From contig PCWA01000084.1 in assembly GCA_002796125.1 (NCBI GenBank), positions 3,238-67,237 of the forward strand: a stretch of DNA of 64,000 nt, written 5' to 3'. Of the stretch, positions 59,937 to 64,000 are shown piece after piece (within the stretch, counting starts at the first letter, position 1; the number at the start of each line of letters is the position of its first letter). Source of the stretch: Candidatus Ghiorseimicrobium undicola. GTDB taxonomy: Bacteria; Omnitrophota; Gorgyraeia; Ghiorseimicrobiales; Ghiorseimicrobiaceae. The position numbers were made by a program, and so were the translations under genes. The notes beneath the pieces were generated by a model that did not search any database, was not told where the DNA came from, and saw only the letters and a list, made by a program, of their open reading frames with translations.

Positions 59937-61202
59937 TCAAAGTAAACACTTCTTTTTTATGCCGGATTTATCTTTATCGGAAACCGGCCCTATTACAGCT
60001 AAATTTATTTTTTCATCGCTAAAAATTTTTCCTGCCAGGCGTTTTATATCATCAACATCAACCTTTTCCAATTCTCTGATTATTTCCGCGTGCGTCCTGA
60101 CTTTATCCAGCGAAATCGTCTGCTCCCCCATATAAAACATTTCTTCCATCGTCTGCTCTAAGGCGAAAGTCAGCTGCCCTAGATAAAAATCCTTTGCCCG
60201 CTGAAATTCCGAATCGCTGACATATTCGCTTTTTATCTTATTGAGCTCTTTAAAAATTATTTCTAATGCCTGGCATAATTTATTATTATCAACTCCGGCA
60301 TGAACAATAAAAGCTCCCGTATCGGCCAACTGTTTGAGGTGGCTGCTAATTGCATAAGCCAGGCCTCTTTTTTCCCTCAATTCATCAAAAAGGCGGCTGG
60401 ACATATTAGCCCCTAAAATGATATGAATAAGCATAAGCGCGTGCCTGTCGGGATGGCCGCGCCGCAACGCCTCAAAACCCAGGGCGATATGGCTCTGCTC
60501 GGTATTTTTGAAAAATAAATTAAAAGATTTTTTGCTTTGCTGATTAAATGCGCTAAAGCTATTTTTACTGCCCTTTGACAGCCTGCTTAAATGCCTGGTA
60601 CAAATATTTAAGAATTCTTCATGACTAACATTTCCGGATGCAACCGCCACAATATTAGGCGAAGAATAAAATTTATTGTTAAACGACAGTATATCTTCCT
60701 GTTTTATTTTTTTCACAGTATCAAATGTGCCGGCCAAATTCATGCCCAAGGGATGCCCCGGCCAAAGAAGCTCATCCAGCAATTCATAGACATAGCTCTG
60801 AGGCTGATCACGATACATGCGTATTTCTTCCAGTATAACAAACCGTTCTTTTTCCAGCTCCTTCTTATCTACTAAAGGATTCACCGCCATATCGGAGATT
60901 ATTTCAAAAGATTGCTCCAGATACTTGGGAAGAACCTTGGCCAAATAACAGGTGAATTCTTCTGCCGTAAAAGCATTGAGCGAGCCCCCCACGCCTTCGA
61001 TTAATTGCTTGATTTGCTCGCCGCTAAAACGTTTTGACCCCTTAAAGCACATATGCTCAAGAAAATGCGAGATGCCATTGTTCTTTTTGGTCTCAAACCT
61101 GCCGCCCACACCGAACCATAAACCAAAAGATGCCGACCGCATATTCGGCATATGGCAGGTCACAACCCGTACTCCGTTATCCAATACTGTTTTTTTATAC
61201 AT
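59937..61202 (-). CDS. M16 family zinc peptidase (insulinase-like)
   Basis: True start MYKKTVLDNGVRVV at the ATG 61202-61200; HFLEHMCFKGS inverted zinc motif HxxEH. The ORF-track N-terminal extension to 61385 is read-through of a repeat region. Confidence 0.75.
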   Translation of the reverse strand: MYKKTVLDNGVRVVTCHMPNMRSASFGLWFGVGGRFETKKNNGISHFLEHMCFKGSKRFSGEQIKQLIEGVGGSLNAFTAEEFTCYLAKVLPKYLEQSFEIISDMAVNPLVDKKELEKERFVILEEIRMYRDQPQSYVYELLDELLWPGHPLGMNLAGTFDTVKKIKQEDILSFNNKFYSSPNIVAVASGNVSHEEFLNICTRHLSRLSKGSKNSFSAFNQQSKKSFNLFFKNTEQSHIALGFEALRRGHPDRHALMLIHIILGANMSSRLFDELREKRGLAYAISSHLKQLADTGAFIVHAGVDNNKLCQALEIIFKELNKIKSEYVSDSEFQRAKDFYLGQLTFALEQTMEEMFYMGEQTISLDKVRTHAEIIRELEKVDVDDIKRLAGKIFSDEKINLAVIGPVSDKDKSGIKKKCLL

Positions 61203-61205
61203 TTT

Positions 61206-61479
61206 GTCAGTTAGACAACACTTGCGCAATACCTTATAAGCGCAAGGTGTATCAGTTAGGCAACACTTGCGCAATTTGCCGATCAGGCAACACCGGCGCA
61301 ATTCCTTTAAGCGCCGGGTGACATATAAGCGCGAGATGTAAAAACCCTCAAGGCACGGCGGCGCAATTTCCCAGCACGGAAACACTGGCGCAATACAATT
61401 AAGCGCCAGGTGTTAATTAAGCGCCGGCCGCCTTATAAGCGCGGGGTGTGTCAGTTAGGCGCTATTTATTTAAGCGCTT
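61206..61479 (-). repeat. Array of 4 or more GC-stem/AT-loop hairpins of identical architecture, between trpA stop and the M16 peptidase start
   Basis: Units of the form cacNNgcgc-aatNNNNNttaa-gcgcN'N'ggtg. Stems are acacttgcgc/gcgcaaggtgt (61218-61250), caccggcgc/gcgccgggtg (61290-61320) and cactggcgc/gcgccaggtgt (61382-61413), plus gcgc-tatttatttaa-gcgc (61459-61477). The direct-repeat heads (g/a)caacacNNgcgcaat occur four times. Confidence 0.7.
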
Positions 61480-62260
61480 TTGACAAACCGGCTGCAAAAC
61501 GCCCCGTAACTTTAACTAAATCTTTCTTCCGCGAATTAACGGCTATTACCTTGACAATAGCGCTGCCTACTATAACACCGTCACAAAAAGAAGATAAATA
61601 CCTGACATGCCCGGGTTTTGATATTCCAAAGCCAACGCATACCGGTTTTTTAGTATGCCGTTTAATCAGAGAAATTCTTTTCTTTAAATCGGAGGAGATT
61701 TTTTTCCGCGCCCCGGTTACGCCGGCCAGAGAAACATAATAAATAAATCCGCTGGAAAAAGCAGCTGCCATTTTTATTCTTTTAACATCGCTGGTAGGAG
61801 AAATAAAAAAAATGGTATCCAATTTATTTCCCCTGCTGTATTGCATAAACTCCTTAGCTTCTTCCGGAGGTAAATCAGGAATGATAACGCCGTCTACGCC
61901 CGCGTAAGCCGCTTTTTCCGTAAATAAAGGCAACCCCATTTTGTATATGGGGTTATAATAAGACATAAGGCATAGTGGTATATTAACCTCTTTACGTATA
62001 GATTTTACCAAAGCAATGATCTTTCTAAGGCTTGTTCCTTTGCCTAACGCGCGCTTAGATGCCGCCTGTATCACCGGCCCATCTGCCAAGGGATCTGAAA
62101 AAGGAACCCCCAGCTCGATTATATCAACGCCCTGACGTTCCAGCTCAAATATTAATTTCTTGGTAACCCTAAGGTCGGGGTCTCCTGCGGTAATATAAGC
62201 AATAAAAGCACACCTGCCCTTTTTCTTTAATTCATTGAATTTTCTATCAAGGCGCTTCAT
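61466..62260 (-). CDS. trpA: Tryptophan synthase alpha chain
   Basis: 264 aa; TrpA family ([22 protein letters not shown]). Confidence 0.9.
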   Translation of the reverse strand: MKRLDRKFNELKKKGRCAFIAYITAGDPDLRVTKKLIFELERQGVDIIELGVPFSDPLADGPVIQAASKRALGKGTSLRKIIALVKSIRKEVNIPLCLMSYYNPIYKMGLPLFTEKAAYAGVDGVIIPDLPPEEAKEFMQYSRGNKLDTIFFISPTSDVKRIKMAAAFSSGFIYYVSLAGVTGARKKISSDLKKRISLIKRHTKKPVCVGFGISKPGHVRYLSSFCDGVIVGSAIVKVIAVNSRKKDLVKVTGRFAAGLSKALK

Positions 62261-63441
62261 AGTTTTATTCCCAAAACATCTGCCACCGTATTTACGTCTT
62301 TATCGCCTCTGCCGGAAAGGCAAACTATAATCAAATCGTTTTTCTTAAACCCGCGCCCTGCCCTAACAACATAAGCAAGCGCATGTGCGGACTCCAAGGC
62401 AGGAATTATACCCTCGGTTTTAGATAAAAGCTTAAAAGCTTCAAGCGCCTCCTTATCCGTGGCCGAGGTATATTCAGCCCGTTTTATCTTTTTAAATAAG
62501 CTATGCTCAGGGCCAACCCCGGGATAATCAAGGCCGGCTGATATAGAATGCGCTATCTCAACCTGTCCGTCTTTATCCTGCAGCATATAGCTTAAAGACC
62601 CGTGCAAAACTCCTTTTGAACCGCGGCATAAAGCGGCCGCGTGCTTACCGCTTGATAAACCCAGGCCAGCGGCTTCCACCCCCACAAATTTTGTTTTATC
62701 TTCCAGGAAGGGGTAAAATAGCCCCATGGAATTACTGCCCCCGCCCACACAAGCAACTAAATATGTAGGCAGCTTTCTTTCTTGTTTCAAAATCTGTTTT
62801 TTTGCTTCAATTCCTATTACGCATTGAAAATCCCTTACAATCACCGGATAAGGGTGAGGGCCGGCGGTTGAGCCGATAAGATAATAGGTGTTGTCCACAT
62901 TTGTAACCCAATCCCTTATTGCTTCATTCATAGCGTCCTTAAGCGTGCGGCTGCCTGAAGTAACAGGTAGAACATCAGCGCCAAGCATCTTCATGCGGAA
63001 AACATTTAACGACTGCCGCTTTATATCTTCCTCGCCCATATAAATACAGCATTGAAAATTAAACATGGCGCAGACTGTGGCCACTGCCACTCCATGCTGT
63101 CCGGCCCCTGTTTCGGCAATAATCCTTGCCTTCTTCATATGCTTAGCCAATATAATCTGGCCCAATGTATTATTTATTTTATGCGCCCCGGTGTGCAACA
63201 AGTCTTCCCTTTTTAAGTATATTTTAGCAAGGCCCAATTTTTTGCTTAAATTAGCGGCAAAATATAACGGCGTGGGACGGCCGGCATAATGGGATAGATA
63301 ATAATTTAATTCGCCGCGGAAAGATTTATCTTTCTTGATTTTTCTATATTTTTTTTCCAAATCATCAAGCATCCCCATTAATGTCTCAGGGACAAACCTG
63401 CCGCCGAATTCCTGGAAGTGCCCATATTTATCAGGAAGCAT
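62257..63441 (-). CDS. trpB: Tryptophan synthase beta chain
   Basis: 394 aa; PLP Lys region HTGAHKINN and GGGSNSMG motif. Overlaps trpA by 4 nt. Confidence 0.9.
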   Translation of the reverse strand: MLPDKYGHFQEFGGRFVPETLMGMLDDLEKKYRKIKKDKSFRGELNYYLSHYAGRPTPLYFAANLSKKLGLAKIYLKREDLLHTGAHKINNTLGQIILAKHMKKARIIAETGAGQHGVAVATVCAMFNFQCCIYMGEEDIKRQSLNVFRMKMLGADVLPVTSGSRTLKDAMNEAIRDWVTNVDNTYYLIGSTAGPHPYPVIVRDFQCVIGIEAKKQILKQERKLPTYLVACVGGGSNSMGLFYPFLEDKTKFVGVEAAGLGLSSGKHAAALCRGSKGVLHGSLSYMLQDKDGQVEIAHSISAGLDYPGVGPEHSLFKKIKRAEYTSATDKEALEAFKLLSKTEGIIPALESAHALAYVVRAGRGFKKNDLIIVCLSGRGDKDVNTVADVLGIKL

Positions 63442-63464
63442 TTTTCTACCTCGTTAATAAAAGA

Positions 63465-63971
63465 CTACTCGCTTGTATACTCATTCATAACCATATTTAT
63501 ATCACCGAGAAAAAACGGCCCGGATATTTTTACCGGAATGCCTTTATTGGAATTTTCAAACCATATCTTATGCCCCTTTGGAAAACTCTCGGCCAAATAA
63601 GCCATATATTCGCCGGAAGGAACGCTAACAGAAACTTCTTTCGTAAAACGCATAATTAATTTAGATAAAGGCAATGTGACCGTAAAATCACTGCCGATTT
63701 CAAAACCCCCTATTTTACGGAAAAGATAAGTCAATAAAATAACATTTTGAATATTATCATCCTGCTTTATTTTGCGCACGCTGGTACGCTTACCGTTTAC
63801 CCGCGTAATTTTAACAGCATTGTTATCCTGGTCGTATTCTTCCACTATATATATCTTCTTACCCCAATTCTTTATATCCCTTTCTATTCTCAGGGGCAAA
63901 AAAGTATCAATATCGGCAAACATTGTTTCGCGGTCTTTAAAATTGGCTGTGTTTGTTTCAAAAATTATCAA
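63465..63971 (-). CDS. Hypothetical protein
   Basis: 168 aa ORF with a TTG start; no recognisable motifs. The true start may be an internal Met. Confidence 0.3.
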   Translation of the reverse strand: MIIFETNTANFKDRETMFADIDTFLPLRIERDIKNWGKKIYIVEEYDQDNNAVKITRVNGKRTSVRKIKQDDNIQNVILLTYLFRKIGGFEIGSDFTVTLPLSKLIMRFTKEVSVSVPSGEYMAYLAESFPKGHKIWFENSNKGIPVKISGPFFLGDINMVMNEYTSE

Positions 63972-64000
63972 ATGCGCATCTTTATCATTTAGCCTTGTCC

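Noticed and set aside
59937-61385. ORF-track N-terminal extension of the M16 peptidase (MFPCWEIAPPCLEGFYISRLYVTRRLKELRRCCLIGKLRKCCLTDTPCAYKVLRKCCLTDK)
   Set aside because: The extension is a chance open frame through the GC-rich hairpin array and starts at a GTG. It gives a periodic KCCLTD peptide that mirrors the DNA repeats. The conserved peptidase N-terminus MYKKTVLDNGVRVV begins at the ATG at 61202-61200.
61206-61479. Possible CRISPR array
   Set aside because: The repeats are not identical, spacing is irregular (30-90 nt), the units are hairpins with co-varying stems rather than constant direct repeats with unique spacers, and there are no cas genes.
61130-61739. Plus-strand ORFs 61130..61321 and 61410..61739 across the hairpin array and antisense to trpA
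   Set aside because: These show repeat-derived periodic peptides (NTCAI...), overlap real genes antisense, and have no SD or motifs.

Overview
The window is 64 kb of an AT-leaning (roughly 40-45% GC) chromosomal region from a diderm-type bacterium (lpxB, MsbA-like exporter, prepilin peptidase). About 60 kb is transcribed from the minus strand. Gene content is housekeeping. It includes a rSAM/TVP38/flavoprotein trio, transaldolase, aroC, pilD with two PilZ paralogs, aroE, the leuA-ilvC-ilvN-ilvB-ilvD cluster, fba, pfkA, ahcY, metK, a nitrogen-type PTS relay (ptsN-yvcK-ptsH-ptsI), tRNA-Gly/Leu/Lys, and frr-pyrH-tsf-rpsB. It continues with an MsbA-like ABC exporter, a Gfo/Idh/MocA-lpxB pair, a riboflavin operon (ribBA-ribH-nusB-PHP-ribD-ribE-uvrD) behind a clear FMN riboswitch, pgpA/pgsA/rimO/rodZ-like/ftsK, pnp-rpsO, a 976-aa UvrD-helicase/PD-(D/E)XK nuclease fusion, rpmB, recJ, argS, rsfS, an M16 peptidase and trpA/trpB. 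I found no phage, defence, CRISPR, toxin or transposase genes. The unusual content is non-coding. (1) A ~115-nt multi-helix element recurs in sense orientation immediately upstream of the start codons of ilvB, fba, rpmB, a large hypothetical gene and, in degenerate form, recJ; its helices show compensatory base changes between copies. (2) A ~270-bp array of GC-stem/AT-loop hairpins of identical architecture but co-varying stems lies between trpA and the M16 peptidase. (3) Tandem 43-nt hairpin repeats lie between yvcK and ptsH. (4) Long-range hairpins anchored on an ACCCCGC/GCGGGGTGAA motif bury the SD and GTG start of two genes. (5) A 35-bp palindrome is shared by the leuA and metK leaders. 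(6) A GC-rich structured block lies in the helicase/rpmB divergent region. Features are mostly on ORF-track coordinates; RNA and repeat coordinates read from the text may be off by 1-2 nt.
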